Shown: piece by piece, positions 13,458 to 28,705 of the stretch
How positions within the stretch are numbered: the stretch's first letter is position 1
Layout of the letters: each line of letters opens with the position of its first letter
Assembly: GCF_009914755.1 (NCBI RefSeq)
Contig: NC_060932.1
Reading direction: 5' to 3' (one strand)
Source: the human T2T-CHM13v2.0 reference genome, Homo sapiens
Length of the DNA stretch: 64,000 bases
Made by a program: the position numbers and the translations under genes
The notes under the pieces: generated by a model
What the model saw: only the letters and a program-made list of their open reading frames with translations
Told to the model about the DNA's origin: nothing
The model's database searches: none

Positions 13458-15355
13458 GGACCAGCAGTGACATTTGTTAAATATCGAGGGTGGTTGAACA
13501 TCCACTATTTATAAGGAAATGTTATTTCCCACAAATCTCATTCCTCAGAAATCAGTGAAAGACAGACCCTGTCTCGGATTCTATAAAGCAGTGTGACTGA
13601 TGTGGCCAAACCCCCATAGAACAGCAGGCTAGGGAGCTTGGGCAGCCTGGGAGGCTAAAGCATGCACACAGCTGGCCTGTGTTGGAGGAGAGCATGTTTT
13701 CATTCAACAGGCATTTATCGAACACTTCCTCTGTGTCAGGCACAGGCCAGATACAAGGGGTGCAGTGACGATCAAGACAGACCTGTCCTCAAGGAGCCCA
13801 CATTGAGGGCAAAGAGAGGGAAAGGTCATTAAAATGTTCTTTTTGTTTTAAAGGGTTATCATAAAGCCAAGGCCACACACAGAGGGCCCTGGCTCGTGGC
13901 CTGGCTGAGACATCTAACTTGGCTTGCTGACACAGAGCAGGGGTTTAGTACGTCCTCATGGATTCACTTTGGGATCTTTCCTCATTTGTCATTGGCCTCA
14001 TTTAAATATGAAAGGATCTAAAGCAGTGGGTCCACTCATCAGCAAAAAAGGCCAGACAGCTACTGTGCAGGCAGATAAACCCAGCTGGAATCTTGGTTTT
14101 GCCACTTAACTGACATTGCAGCCTTGGACAAGCATCTTATCCCGGTGAGCATCAGTATCCACAACTTCATAATGAAATGACAATAATATCTCTCCATGCC
14201 ATTTCTGTGAGAATTAAATGAAATGTTGTATGCAGACCATGGGGCATAGTATCCAACAGCCACGTACTCCATAAACAGCAGCTGACAAACAGGAGAACTG
14301 GAGGCTATGGCTGTGCTGACCTTGGAGACCTTGGGGACCCTTGCTGTCCTGGAGGAGAACCTTCAGAGAGAAATTCTGAGATGAATGGAGGGTCTTCCAT
14401 GGTCCCAGGGATTTTACACTCACAACCTCGGTGGTTTGGTTACAGCAAGGATGAGGTGCCTGCTCAGAATGGGATCTGTGCTCAGAATGGGTTCTGCCAG
14501 GGTGGAGGCAGCCACCACAAATGTAAAGTGGGCATCCAGGCACGAGTGGGTTTGCATAGTAAGAAAAGGCTTTTCTGGGACTTAAAGCTACTGCTCAGCG
14601 CCACTGACATCCCTTCTATAACTCTGGGTTCTCCTGAAGGGGTGAGTGTTTAATCAGGGCCTTCTGGTCTCATCTCTCTGGTGGTAAAGAGGAGTGAGGG
14701 GCTTTTCGCCCAGGGCTGGGGGCTGGATTGTAACCGTGGACAGGGTTATTCTCATAATTCCCTTAGGGTTTGCATATCCAGCCAGTTTCAAGAGATTATT
14801 TATTTGACCTTGAAGGAGTGTGATCAGAATCACTTTACCCCACCTTGTCTTTCCCCCACCCCATATTTAAGAGCTGGCAGTGAATTTCTGGGGAGTCCCA
14901 GCTGCGCCAGGCTCTCAGGGGGCTGTTGTATTGATTGCCACTGAATCCTAAACTGGGTTGATAATAGATCTTTCTGTGTTCTGGCTTTATGGACATTTTT
15001 CTTAACACAGAAAAAAAATGAGATGGGAAAGGACATGCGTTTGCTGGGCTACTCAGCTGAGTCAATATGAAGCTGTGAGCCTCAGTATCCACAGCTTCAT
15101 GATGAGATGATAAAGCTCAAGAGTGAGCTGTTTAGTTGGGATCTGTGCTAGAACACAGGCGAACTAGGATCGTTTTTGATCAGACATAAGTGTGAAACAT
15201 TTCTCAGTGTAAGGTAGATCAAATTTAATGTCAACTTTTGCCAAGTGCTGAAGGAAAGACTATGGAACAAACTCTGATAAACACTGTAGTCTGTGAGAGG
15301 GTCTGCCAGATGCCCACCTAATGTTTTCTTGAGCAAAATAGCTTGTTGGGAATTA

Positions 15356-15692
<337 letters not shown>

Positions 15693-16332
15693 TCATCTAA
15701 CATACAGCCAAGTGGAATTGTTCCACGTGAATTTCTATAATGTGACTCTGATTGTTCTCCTGCATTTCCTTTAGGATCGTGGAGATATGTAATTGGGGTA
15801 AGAACAGGGCACTTTGATTATTTGGTTCATTTGGCTGGACCCCACCATAACAGTCAAGGCTGGTTAGTGGCTATAACAAACACCCTGTCCCTTTCAGTGG
15901 CTTCACACCAAGTGTATTTCTCGCCTACAGCACAGTGCAGTGTTGTGGGCTCTGTCCACACAGCCATTCAAGCAACCAGACTCCTTCTCTCTGCTGCCTC
16001 CACCTTCCTCGAGGCCCATGTCATTCAGGCAGAGATAGGCAAAGGGAGGGAGGCCACGCACAGGAGGTTCCTGTGACCCCCGGATGTAGCACCTTTCCTC
16101 TGCTTGGGAGACACTGGCCGGAGCTCACTTGTGCGTCCACACCGACTGTAGGAGGGGGAGGTGCTCTGCGAGATGCTACCATGTGTCTGGAAGAAGATGG
16201 GAACACAGACTTTGTCAAGCCCTCACAGTCTCTGCCACACCCGTAGCCCCCAAAAAGACTATGGGTGTGGCAAAGCTTGAACAGATTTCATATTTAAGAA
16301 GTAAACAGCTCTTAATGAAACACTTATAGTAT

Positions 16333-16657
16333 TGAGACAGCCAGGTGGGAGGGGGTCCCCAGAGAAACTCCAAACAGCCTGTGCACTGGGGTGGAGCCTC
16401 AGGAAGTTCTTGCCCTTTGCAGCAGGGAGGAGCCTGGCCCCTCCTCCTCCTGTGTGGAAACTGGGATTCCAACAGCGAGGCGGGAAGTGCTGTGGCAGGG
16501 AACTCTGGCCTTGCAGAGAGTCCCTGTTCCCCGTTTTTTTCCTTTTCACCAAGAAAACCCTGCTCTTTACTCATGCTTCAAACTGCGAGCCTATATTTTC
16601 ATGACCTTGGGAACAAGAACCCCGTCTTCAGCTGAACTAAGGAAAAGTCTTGCAACA
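16333..16657 (+). mobile_element. ERV1 solo LTR, MER61-like
   Basis: TG...CA termini (tgagacagccaggtggg...aagtcttgcaaca); 4-bp TSD GTAT at 16329-16332 and 16658-16661. Confidence 0.8.
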
Positions 16658-17056
16658 GTATTCTGCACGTGACCATGAATATTAAGCTCTGCACAGTATC
16701 AGCCCCCTGTTTAATATACTGAAAACACATCACAACAGCATCAGAAACTGTGAGAGTATGGGGGCCTTGTAGAGAGGAAGGAGAAGTGTGTTGTTTTGTT
16801 TTATTTTGTTTTCCAACATCATAATCTTTGCAGAATTCTTAGGTTATGGTGAGAGCCACCTGTTTTTATTGAGTAGGTTGGCCAGGGCCTCTTCTCAGCC
16901 ATTTTCATGTAACACTGGGGTCTTTCACTGAGAAATCTGGGTCATGCACAATCCAGCAACGGACTGAAACGGCCCTGGCATTCTGCAGACGCTGTGGGGC
17001 CTGGGTCCACTGGGCCTGGTGCTTGGTCGCTGCCCTCTCCTCTTTCCCTTCCACAG

Positions 17057-17152
17057 CCCAGGGTCCGTCTGCATTTTGTGGAGCTGGGCTCCGGCCCTGC
17101 TGTGTGCCTCTGCCATGGATTTCCCGAGAGTTGGTATTCTTGGAGGTACCAG
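17057..17152 (+). CDS. EPHX2: EPHX2 exon 7 (96 nt), alpha/beta-hydrolase HGFP oxyanion motif
   Basis: ccacag|CCCAGG...TACCAG|gtgaga; PRVRLHFVELGSGPAVCLCHGFPESWYSWRYQ. Confidence 0.98.
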
Positions 17153-17658
17153 GTGAGAAAGCTGGGGAAGATGCAGCCAGTCAGGGTGAGGTTGGGGGAG
17201 TCTAGATGGTGTGGTCCGACGTGGACTGTCGTGAGGAAGCTGAAACCTGACAGTGGAGCATTGTCTCCAAAGTGTGACCAGGTTGGGACAGGAGGGTGAC
17301 TCCAGACCTCAGGGCTATGTTAGGCCACGAGGCACTTTTGCAGATTAGAAAAGGGCAGACTTCTTTAAGACACTCCATGCCCCCTGCTGGGAAGTCTCTG
17401 TAATGAGTATAGAAAGCTGCAAGAGCTTTGCCAGGGAAGATGCTGTCTTAGATGTGGCATTTCTCCCGTGCCCCACCACCGTCCACAGCAGCCCTGTATA
17501 AATGGGCTTATTTCAGCTCCATGGCAAAGTTACCGGGTAGTGCCCTGTGGCTCTTGGTTTGATCCATTTACAGGAAGAAGGGGATGGAGGGAAGCAAAGA
17601 GGGAGTATCCGCCTAGGACTGATGGGACCATGCTGGAGTGTGCCTGTTTGTTTTCTAG

Positions 17659-17737
17659 ATCCCTGCTCTGGCCCAGGCAGGTTACCGGGTCCTAGCTATG
17701 GACATGAAAGGCTATGGAGAGTCATCTGCTCCTCCCG
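17659..17737 (+). CDS. EPHX2: EPHX2 exon 8 (79 nt), GYGES motif; Arg287 codon CGG at 17686-17688
   Basis: tttctag|ATCCCT...CCCG|gtgggt; IPALAQAGYRVLAMDMKGYGESSAPP(E). Confidence 0.98.
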
Positions 17738-18236
17738 GTGGGTGTGCTGTCTTGCAGCTGTCTTATGCTGGTCTTGCCTTCTACCTGCCTGAGCGCTCCA
17801 CGCCTCGGTGCTTTCCCTGGTCCCAGATCAGAGTAGCCTTCCCCTTAAGAGAGTCTGACTTCACCTCTTTCCTCTCCTACGGTGCCCTGTGTCTCTGCAC
17901 TTTTGGGCCTCAGATGCCCCTGCCCCCCACACTCTGAATGAATACAGCAGCCCCTAAGGCTCATGCTCCAAGGGATCTCCCACTGATCATGGGGGATGGC
18001 GGACATAGAATGTACCATCCATCTCCAGAACATTCTTCATCTTGCAAAACTGAAAGGCTGTATTCAGTCCTCAGTTCTTCCTCTCCCCAACCCCTGACAA
18101 CTTCCATTCTACTTTCTGTCTCTATGAATCTAACTCCTCTAAAGACTGCATATAAGTGGAATCATACAGTATTTGTGCTTTTGTGTCTGGCTTCTTTCAC
18201 TTAGCATAATGTCCTGAAGTTTCCTCCATGTTATAG

Positions 18237-18506
<270 letters not shown>

Positions 18507-18649
18507 TGATAATTTTTTCTTGTATTTTCTCTATTTTTGTTGTTCTTTTTCTTTTTGCTTTCTGGAATTGCTATTGTTAAAATATTGTTATTGTTAAAAT
18601 TGCTATTATTTTTTAAATCATACTACCCATTGATTTGGGTACTCATATG

Positions 18650-19225
18650 ACCCAAAGTAACCTACAGATGCAATGCAATCCCTGTCAAAATCTCAATGGC
18701 ATTTTTTACAAAAATAGAGACAGCAATTCTACAGTTCTTATGGACCCACAAAAGACTGCAAATAGTCAAAGCGACCTTCAGAAAGAATAACAAAGCTGGA
18801 GGCATTTGAAGCACACTTCCTGATTTCAAACTACATTATAAGTCTATAGTATGATACAAACAGTGTGATACAAACATAAAGACAGACATACTTTCAGTGG
18901 AACAGAATAGAAAGCCCAGCAGTTGATCCACATGTATGTGGTCAACTGATCTTTGACAAGGGTATCAAGAATACACAGTGGAGAAAGGACACTCTCTTCA
19001 AACAAATGGTGGTGGGGAAACATGAAAAAGAATGAAATTGGACCTTTATCTTACACCACACACAAAAATCAACTCAAAATGGATGAAAGGCTTAGATGTA
19101 TGACCTGAAACTGTACAGCTTCTAGAAGAAAACACAGGGGGAAAGCTTGACATTGGTCTTGGCAATGATTTCACAGATGGATATGACATCAAAAGCACAG
19201 GCAACAAAAGCAAAAGCAAACACTC
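18650..19225 (+). mobile_element. Old L1 ORF2 fragment
   Basis: Degenerate match to the L1 ORF2 segment YRFNAIPIK...[15 protein letters not shown]...QWNRIE. Confidence 0.8.
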
Positions 19226-19377
19226 GAGTCTACCTCAGTCTAAGGATTTAGTAAGTTTTTGTGGGTTTTTGTTGTTGTTGTTTGGTTTTTGGTTTTCTTT
19301 GCAAAAAGGTCCTTTTGATGTGTTGATATATTTTAAGTAACGTGAATTAAATATGTTTCTTTTATTTTTAATTGCAG

Positions 19378-19412
19378 AAATAGAAGAATATTGCATGGAA
19401 GTGTTATGTAAG
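19378..19412 (+). CDS. EPHX2: EPHX2 exon 9 (35 nt)
   Basis: ttgcag|AAATAG...TGTAAG|gtaaga; (E)IEEYCMEVLCK. Confidence 0.97.
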
Positions 19413-19765
19413 GTAAGAAGAATCTTGGGTAACATCTTCCCCATCCTGCGATTTTTGTTGCTATAAACCCGAAGCTGGGGTATCCATTCAAATTTTAGGG
19501 AAGCATCATTTCACAGCCTCTGGGTATAAATTCCTACTGAAAGTTGAACAGTATTTCCAAATGATAGCCCACATGTATGCAGCATCGACTGTGTGTCAGG
19601 TCTTCCTCCAAGCAACTGACAGAAGAGAAAACTGAGTCATGGGAAGTTAAAGGTAATTGCCTGAGGTCAGTAGCCAGTAGAGCCAGGTTGGAAGCCTGCA
19701 GTACTGCATTCGATTGCCTCACCATCTAAAGCATTGAAAAAAGTCACTTTATTCTGGTAAAGACA

Positions 19766-19878
19766 TTGTTGGCCAGACCTAGGCCAGACCTGTGCAGACT
19801 GTGACCAGCATGGAATTCCTGCTCTAAGACAGGTGTAAGCACCATCCTGGAGAGGGGCCCCTCACTTCAGTGCTGGCA
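19766..19878 (+). repeat. 113-bp inverted duplication, copy 1 (probable source)
   Basis: Reverse complement matches 21115-21227 at 111/113. Confidence 0.95.
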
Positions 19879-20999
19879 GGGGAGGCCAAGGCCAAGGGGA
19901 GGAGAGACTGGGTCCCAAACCTCCACGCAGCTCAGGAGCAAAAGCAAAAGCTGGGGGAGCCCAGGGGAGGAAACAGCCCCCAGGTTGGCTGGGGAACTAG
20001 TAATGCTGCTGGTGACACTACGATTACAAAAGCCTCCATCTCTGAGTCACAGCCCTGTGGGGGCTTCTCCCCCTCATGTGTGCCCCACAGCTTCATGCGC
20101 TGGCTTTGGCATCTCAGAAGCAATCATGGGTAAAAGTTCCATTTCCAGGCAGGGCTGCTCCTCCTTCCTCAGTTTTCCAGTCTTTGCCTCTTGCACTCTG
20201 CTGCTTCTGATCCCAAGTGTCTCCCCCAAAGTCCTACCAAGGTCTCACCAGTGACCCCAGGAGCCCCTATCCTGCTGTTGTCCTCTAACCTGGACCTTGC
20301 TTATTTCCATCAAAATCCATTCTTGAGACAGGGACATTGGGTCACTTAGGAGAACTGGTCTCTTGAAGAAAGTCCTTTTACCAAAAACAAACAAGATGGT
20401 GCTCCCATCCTCCTGTTCCACCTTTGAAAAATCATGAGTACATCCACAGCTAGGTATTTACCCAAGAAAATCGATGACATAGGTCCACAAAGATACCCAG
20501 ATGCAAATGTTCACAGCAGCATTATCCCTAACAGCCAAAAATGGAGACAACCCACATGTCCATCAGCTGATGAATGGATAAATAAAATGTGGGCCATCCC
20601 TGCAGTGGGACACTGTTCAGCTATACAGAGGAATGACGTGCTGGTGCAAGCTTCAGTGGGAATGATCCCTCAAAAGACGATGCTTAGCAAAAGAAGCCAG
20701 TTTCTGTGTCAGGACAGTGGGTGGTGGGGGCAGGAATGTGTTGTCCCCAGGGTGGAACGAGCCTCTCACTGCTCCCCTGCAGCAGCACAAGGGCAAGCTC
20801 TACAGGGCAGCTGTCTTCCGTCCCCCTCCAGTAAAGAGCCCAGGCTTGCTGTCTTACAATGGTGATGGGATAGTTAGGGATATGTATTGGCATACACTGA
20901 ATAATTCACTGTGCGTGTTTGGAGTCAGCTTGGTTCCTGAGAGGATGCTGGGAAGGGAAGGGTGATGTCGTGAAGACTGATGAACGATGGACGGCTGCA

Positions 21000-22165
<1,166 letters not shown>

Positions 22166-22222
22166 AGGCTGAGGCAGGCGGGTGTGGTTGCTGATTTTGC
22201 CTGTGTGTGTCTTCTTCCTTAG

Positions 22223-22249
22223 GAGATGGTAACCTTCCTGGATAAACTG
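22223..22249 (+). CDS. EPHX2: EPHX2 exon 10 (27-nt micro-exon)
   Basis: ccttag|GAGATG...AAACTG|gtaagt; EMVTFLDKL. Confidence 0.97.
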
Positions 22250-23765
22250 GTAAGTCATTATTTTGAACTGATATCTTTGGAGAATTCCTTTGGGGCCTGG
22301 GTAATTAAAGAAAAGGCGTCAGCCTCGAGCAGAGGTGCACGGGCAGGGAGGGCCCATTTTGGGGCAGTTTAGGGCAGAGTGGGCATGGGCAGGGAAAATC
22401 ACAAAAACAATGACAAAGAGCAAGGATTGCGTGGAGAACAGGATGGAGATGAGCTTGTTTATTTGTCTTTTAATGAAAGGCAGGTTCCAGGGAATGGGAC
22501 CAGGGAGGACAGCCTTGAGTATCCATTAGAGAAGTTTGGAAAATACCCCATAGGCTAATATTTCTCAGCTCTTTAAACTTTCATCCCTTCTGACACTCCT
22601 AAAACCTCCTGTTTGCATTTGACATTGTCATGAATGTCAAACTCAATGATACCAAATGAAAGCAAATCAGCAGTGGTGAGCTGAGAATGCGCTTTTGCAG
22701 AGTACACTTCCCACTCCCAAGACTGCATGGTATAACAGCGTCCCCTTCCCCCAAGTGAGGTCAGAGGGGCAGAATGGACGGAGGGGTCAGGCCCAGGCAG
22801 AACAGCAGCAGTGGAGGACAGAGAAGGATGATGGAGCTGTGGGACTTAAGGCCTCTTAATTGGATGTGGGAGTCAGAGAGGATCTAGGAGGCTGACCTCT
22901 GGTTCACCAGCAGGGCGCTGTGCCTGACACGGCAGGGAAGAGACCCTGAGAATATCATGGTCCCTACCCTCTGCAGATTCTCAGTTTCCTGGGATTAGGT
23001 TTGGAACTTTTGTGTGTGATGGGGACAGGGAACAGGGCATGGCCCAGAGTGGCCACCCAGTCCTGACTCTGTACAGACTTCTGTCTAGAAGCGTGTCCCT
23101 TATTGTTGAGAGAGTGACTCTGCGGTTGCTGCCAGTGGGGTCAGTGTGGAGCGAGGTGTGGATAGGCTCTGCCATCTAGGTTTCGCTCTGTGATGTTTGT
23201 GTGACAAAACCACCTGACACATTTCTGAGAACGTGTCCCCCTTGTTAAGTGACACGTGGCTATAGCTCTTCCATAAAGGGGAGTTGACGTTGTCATTTTC
23301 AATACCAGCAGCGGAAAGAGAGAGATTAAAGATGCTTTGGGACTTTTAATGGTTGTTTAAGGGAGGAGAGCTTCCAAAAAAGTGGGGTTGTGGGGGGTAG
23401 AAGCATAATCATTTGATAAAAGATGCACATGGAACATGAAGAGGTAAGTTTTACTTCTTTTAAGATAGAAGGGAGGAAAAAGGAGAAAAGAACGAAAGAA
23501 AATTTGATTTGAGAGAAGGTAGAGAGGGAGAAGGAACCCATGGCCTGTGGCCTTGGTCTCCTAAGCAGATGTAAAAGGCTGGCTATTTGTGTTGAGGGTC
23601 TGTGGCTGGTGGAGGGAGGAGAGGCTTGAAGGGTGGGCATTTGGAGAGCTGCTGTGGGTCGGGGGAGGAGACCCTGGTGTCGAGGGGCTGGCTGATGGCC
23701 GAACCTCTCAGCACCCCGTTCCAGAAGCCTCCCCACATTCGGCTCCCTTCTTTTTCCTTCTCTAG

Positions 23766-23851
23766 GGCCTCTCTCAAGCAGTGTTCATTGGCCATGACTG
23801 GGGTGGCATGCTGGTGTGGTACATGGCTCTCTTCTACCCCGAGAGAGTGAG
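23766..23851 (+). CDS. EPHX2: EPHX2 exon 11 (86 nt), catalytic nucleophile Asp335 (GAC 23796-23798)
   Basis: tctag|GGCCTC...GTGAG|gtaatt; GLSQAVFIGHDWGGMLVWYMALFYPERV(R). Confidence 0.98.
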
Positions 23852-24019
23852 GTAATTGGGCCTCGGGCAATAAAGATTTGGAGGAGGCTGGACTTGAACT
23901 CCTGTGAGAATTGTTCCTCAGATCTTTAAGCCCAGAAAACTTCTCAAAAACAAGTAGGTAGTCTGGGAAGGTGATGTCTTCACTCTTTAGTGTCTGGTGA
24001 CACATTATAAAGAGGGCCT

Positions 24020-24350
<331 letters not shown>

Positions 24351-25278
24351 TTAGGAAGCGGCACCTGTTCCACTTACAGGCAATGGGACAAATAATTCAG
24401 GGCCCGAGTGGCCAGTGGGAATACAGGAGGATCCTGACTTGAGCTTGAGGGGTGCAGGGGAGGCAACAGGTGTGTCTTCAGTCCTGGACTGAGAATCAGA
24501 AAGCGTGGCCTTCGGTCTGCCCTGATCAGCTGTGTGACACATCACTTCGCTTCTTAGGCTTTGGCATTCTCAACCACAAAGTGGTAATGGTAACTCCTGC
24601 CTGACTCCACAACCAGAAAATGCTGTGCAAATGTCCAGTGAGCCCAGCATGTCATGGTCCCCACCATTTCATTCATAATCATTCTTAGACCAGCATTTCA
24701 TGGCTTGAGTGGGAGCTATCAGATGGCAGGTTTTGGGCCCAGAGACTCTGTAGTCTCTTTGGCCATTTGAGCTGGTGAGCTGCAGCTAAACCTGTCTGAC
24801 TTCCCATTTCAGCCTCTGGTCTTAGCAAGTTAAAGAAACATCATCCTAAGCCACCATCTGAATTTCCCTAACTAACCCAGTTATTTTGTATTTGGCTAAG
24901 TTTATGAGATTGGAACTACCAGGAAACTTTGTTCTGCTTCACTCCTGGCTCAAATGATAGGATTATATCAAAGAATAAAAAGAATCAAATGTTCCTAAAA
25001 TATTGTTAAAGTTTTCATGGTATTGTTGTGTTCATCTCTCTAGCTTTTTAAATTTTTTAAAAAAATTTCTTGTGGGTACATAGCATATTCTAGCTTCTTC
25101 CTCTCTCTTTCTCTGTCCCCTCTCTCATTCAAAGTGGAAATAAGAGCTTGATTCTTAAGAACTGGGTTCACCAAAAAGTTACCCTGCAGACTGCACAACG
25201 TACTGGTTAAAGTCAACAAAAGGAAAGATAGCAACGAGCTGTGTTTGCCCCTCAAATTCACCCCCTTTTCTATTCCTG

Positions 25279-25577
25279 TTTTTTTTTTTTTTTGAGACAG
25301 AGTCTCACTCCATTGTCCAGGCTGGAGTGTAGTGGTGCAACCTTGGCTTACTGCAACCTCTACCTTCTGGGTTCAAGTGATTCTCCTGCCTCAGCCTCCT
25401 GAGTAGCTGGGACCACAGGCATGCACCAACACGCCCAGCTAAATTTTGTATTTTTAGTAGAGATGAGGCTTTACCACATTGGCCAGGCTGGTCTAGAACT
25501 CCTGGCCTCAAGTGATCCACCCCCATCAGCCTCCCAAAGTGCTGAGATTACAGGCATGAGCCACTATGCTTGTCCGT
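25279..25577 (-). mobile_element. AluS-like element
   Basis: Full dimer; flanking ttttctattcct duplication. Confidence 0.88.
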
Positions 25578-25659
25578 CTTTTCTATTCCTTTTGCTAGCA
25601 TCCTATTCCCTCTTCAGGTGATAAGTCAGTGGTCTACTGGCTGGATTCCCAGGTTCTGG

Positions 25660-25761
25660 CCTCTCTGTCTGCTTCCATATGGTCTCTCAGTGCTTGATTA
25701 ATCTTCCTGACCTCTCTCTCTGTGTCCATGTGGTCTCTCAGGGCTGGATTAATCATCCTGA
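25660..25761. repeat. 51-bp tandem duplication (2 copies, 44/51 identical)
   Basis: ggtctctcag recurs at 25681 and 25732. Confidence 0.85.
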
Positions 25762-26408
25762 CTGCAACTCGGATCCACCCTCCCTTCTTCTGAGACGCCC
25801 TCATGGTTTTCTTGGTTCTTAGAGCACCAAATTCAGACTCAGGTCCCTTCATGTCTAGGCTCCCCACTGCCTTTCTGTTGTTATTTCCCAACATATTCCA
25901 TTCCATGCTTGGCTTCTAGCCACGCAGACTGTGTGCTCCATTGAATACAGCTGCAAGCTTTGCCCCCTTCTAGAATTTGCTCAGGCTACCTTATGTTGTT
26001 CCCCTCCCAGGCCTTGTTCTCCTCCCCAGCTCTCCCCATTCTGAAAAGCCAAGTTCAAATGCTCCCTTTTCCACAGGGTCCTCCATGATGCCCAGTTCAG
26101 GAATTCCTTATCTCCTTCCAACTCCTATGCTATTTTGTGCTATTCTATGGCTCATATCATAGTCATCTCATAAGGTCACTGTGTGTTTTTCTATTTTTCC
26201 TTATTAAATTATAATGAGCTCCTTGAGGATAAAAACGATATTTTATTCATTTTACATTTTCTCTCCTCTAGTATATGCCATAGAATTATGCTCAATCCAG
26301 AGGAGACACAATGAGTGAATAAAGGGAGGGAAAAAAAATGAATGTATATTTTAAAACTAGAGAGAGATTCGTGTCTCCATATTCTATCCAGGGTTGCTAC
26401 AGTATGTG

Positions 26409-26411
<3 letters not shown>

Positions 26412-26457
<46 letters not shown>

Positions 26458-26463
26458 CGCGCG
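26412..26463. repeat. (TG)19(CG)7 compound microsatellite
   Basis: Read directly from the sequence. Confidence 0.95.
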
Positions 26464-26702
26464 CACCTATGTGTCTAAGGCAAGTTGGTGAGAAATACTG
26501 CAGTTTAGTAGGAAAAAAACCAATGGACTAGGAATCGAAAATCCTGAGTTCTGATCCCATTCTCCCATTCACTGCTAGTGTATGACCTTGTGCATAGAAT
26601 GTTCCCACTCTGAGCTTCAGTTTTGAACTGCAAAGTCCTTTCTGGCTCTTGTAAGACTGTCTTCTTACAGGGGCTATGTCTTGCTGCCTCTTATTTCTGT
26701 AG

Positions 26703-26814
26703 GGCGGTGGCCAGTTTGAATACTCCCTTCATACCAGCAAATCCCAACATGTCCCCTTTGGAGAGTATCAAAGCCAACCCAGTATTTGATTACCAGCTCT
26801 ACTTCCAAGAACCA
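26703..26814 (+). CDS. EPHX2: EPHX2 exon 12 (112 nt), Tyr383 (TAC 26791-26793)
   Basis: ctgtag|GGCGGT...GAACCA|gtaagt; AVASLNTPFIPANPNMSPLESIKANPVFDYQLYFQEP. Confidence 0.98.
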
Positions 26815-27884
26815 GTAAGTATGGCACCAAGGGCAACAATGGGAGCATTAGTGTTTGCCTTTCCCCTTCCTGTCTCCTTCTTATTTGCTTTATCACTGTC
26901 CCCTTTAATTTTATGTGGCATTAGTCAGAAATGATTTTACAAATGGGCTCAGGTGAAACTGGCTGCCATGCCCAGCTGATCCTTCCCAGGCAATGGCACA
27001 TTTCCGTGTGTGTTCGGGTGGTGAAGGGCCGGGGGATGTTGTACCCTGGGGGGATGGCTTCTCTGGTGTCTCTGCAATTGCAGAGTTTTGGGGCTCAATG
27101 CTCAGGTAGAGCTGCCCCTCCTCATTCTCTGGCTGAAAGGCTGGTGATTATGGCACCAGGGTCTAAGAGTCCTGCAACAGGCCCCACATGTGCTCTGAAG
27201 AATCTGAGAAGTTTCTAGGTATCAGTACACGTGCCACAAAGATGCCTTTCAAAGATGCCCCCAGATGTGGCTGATACATATATTGGGGCATCCCTGCCAC
27301 TGTTAACTGGAATTCACTGAGAGCAGCATCAGGAGTCAACGTCACCTGGCCTGGTGCCCCGCCTACAGCTGCCCTCTTCTGTGGGAGACATCTGCTATGC
27401 ATCCACTTGCAGGAATTATCCAGAGAGAATAAAAGATGTTTCCTGCACACTCCAGAGAGAGAGGAATGGAAGGAATTAATTAATCAGGAATGTGAGAGCG
27501 TCTCCCACGTTCCTCTCCCAGCCTCCACCTCTGCTCCTCTTAGGAGGGACCGTTTCCAGCAAGACCACAACCATCCCAGTTTCGATTCAACGAGTAACTG
27601 TTCTCCAACAATTATTTTCATTGATGAGACAGCATCTGTGTGAAAGGAGCTTTGCGATTCAGGCAATAACTGGACTCATTCACCAAAAGCTCCCAGCGGC
27701 ATTTTGAAGAGACCTCGACATGTCGCATCCCACATACTACAGGGAGGCCTGGGCCCTGCTGTGCCACAGCCTGGTGTGTGGGAATCCACGAGCTTCCTTT
27801 GGCCTGAATGAAAGCACAATGTCCTTCATTAGTGTGAGATAGTCTCGATGGTGAGACTATGGGTGTGGTGTGTGGTGTAGAGGG

Positions 27885-28705
27885 CGTATTACTTTGCTGG
27901 GGCTGCCATAACAAAGGCTAGGTAGCTCAACAGACTGGGCAGCTTCAACAACAGAAATTCACAGTCTTATAGTTTTAGAAGCTGGAAGTTCAAGATCAGG
28001 GTATTTGTAGAGTTGGTTTCTCTTGAGGCCTCTCTCCTTGGCTTGTGGGTAGTCCTCTTCTCCTTGTTTCCTCATATGGTATTTAGCCCATTAAAAAAAA
28101 TTTTTTTTGAGACAGGATCTCACTCTGTCACTCAGGCTGGAGTGCAGTGGTGTGATCATAGCTCACTGCAGCCCCGACCTCTCCAGGCCCAGATGATCCT
28201 CCCATATCAGCCTCCTGAGTAGCTGAGACTACGGGTGTGTGCCCCCACACCTGGCTCACTTTTTGTGTGTGTATTTTTTATTTTTATTTTATTTTATTTG
28301 AGGCGGAGTCGCCCTCTGTTGCCCAGGCTGGAGTACAGTGGCGCAATCTCGGCTCACTGCAACCTCCGCCTCCTAAGGTTCAAGCAATTCTCCTGCCTCA
28401 GCCTCCTGAGTAGCTGGGTCTAAGGTGCATGCCACCACTCCCGGCTAGTTTTTTGATTTTTTTGTTTGTTTGTATTTTTAGTAGAGACGGGGTTTCACCA
28501 TATTGGCCAGACTGGTCTCGAACTCCTGACCTCATGATCTGCCCGCCTCGGCCTCCCAAAGTGCTGGGATTACAGGTGTGAATATATAGAGACGGGGTTT
28601 CACCATGTTAACCAGGCTGGTTTCAAACTCCTGGGCTCAGGTGATCCACATGCCTCGGCCTCCCAAAGTGCTGGGATTATAGGTGTGAGCTACTGCACAT
28701 GGCCT
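27885..28705 (-). mobile_element. MLT1 fragment followed by a nested antisense Alu cluster (~28100-28705)
   Basis: One Alu inserted into another, with a duplicated gagacggggtttcacc segment. Confidence 0.75.
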
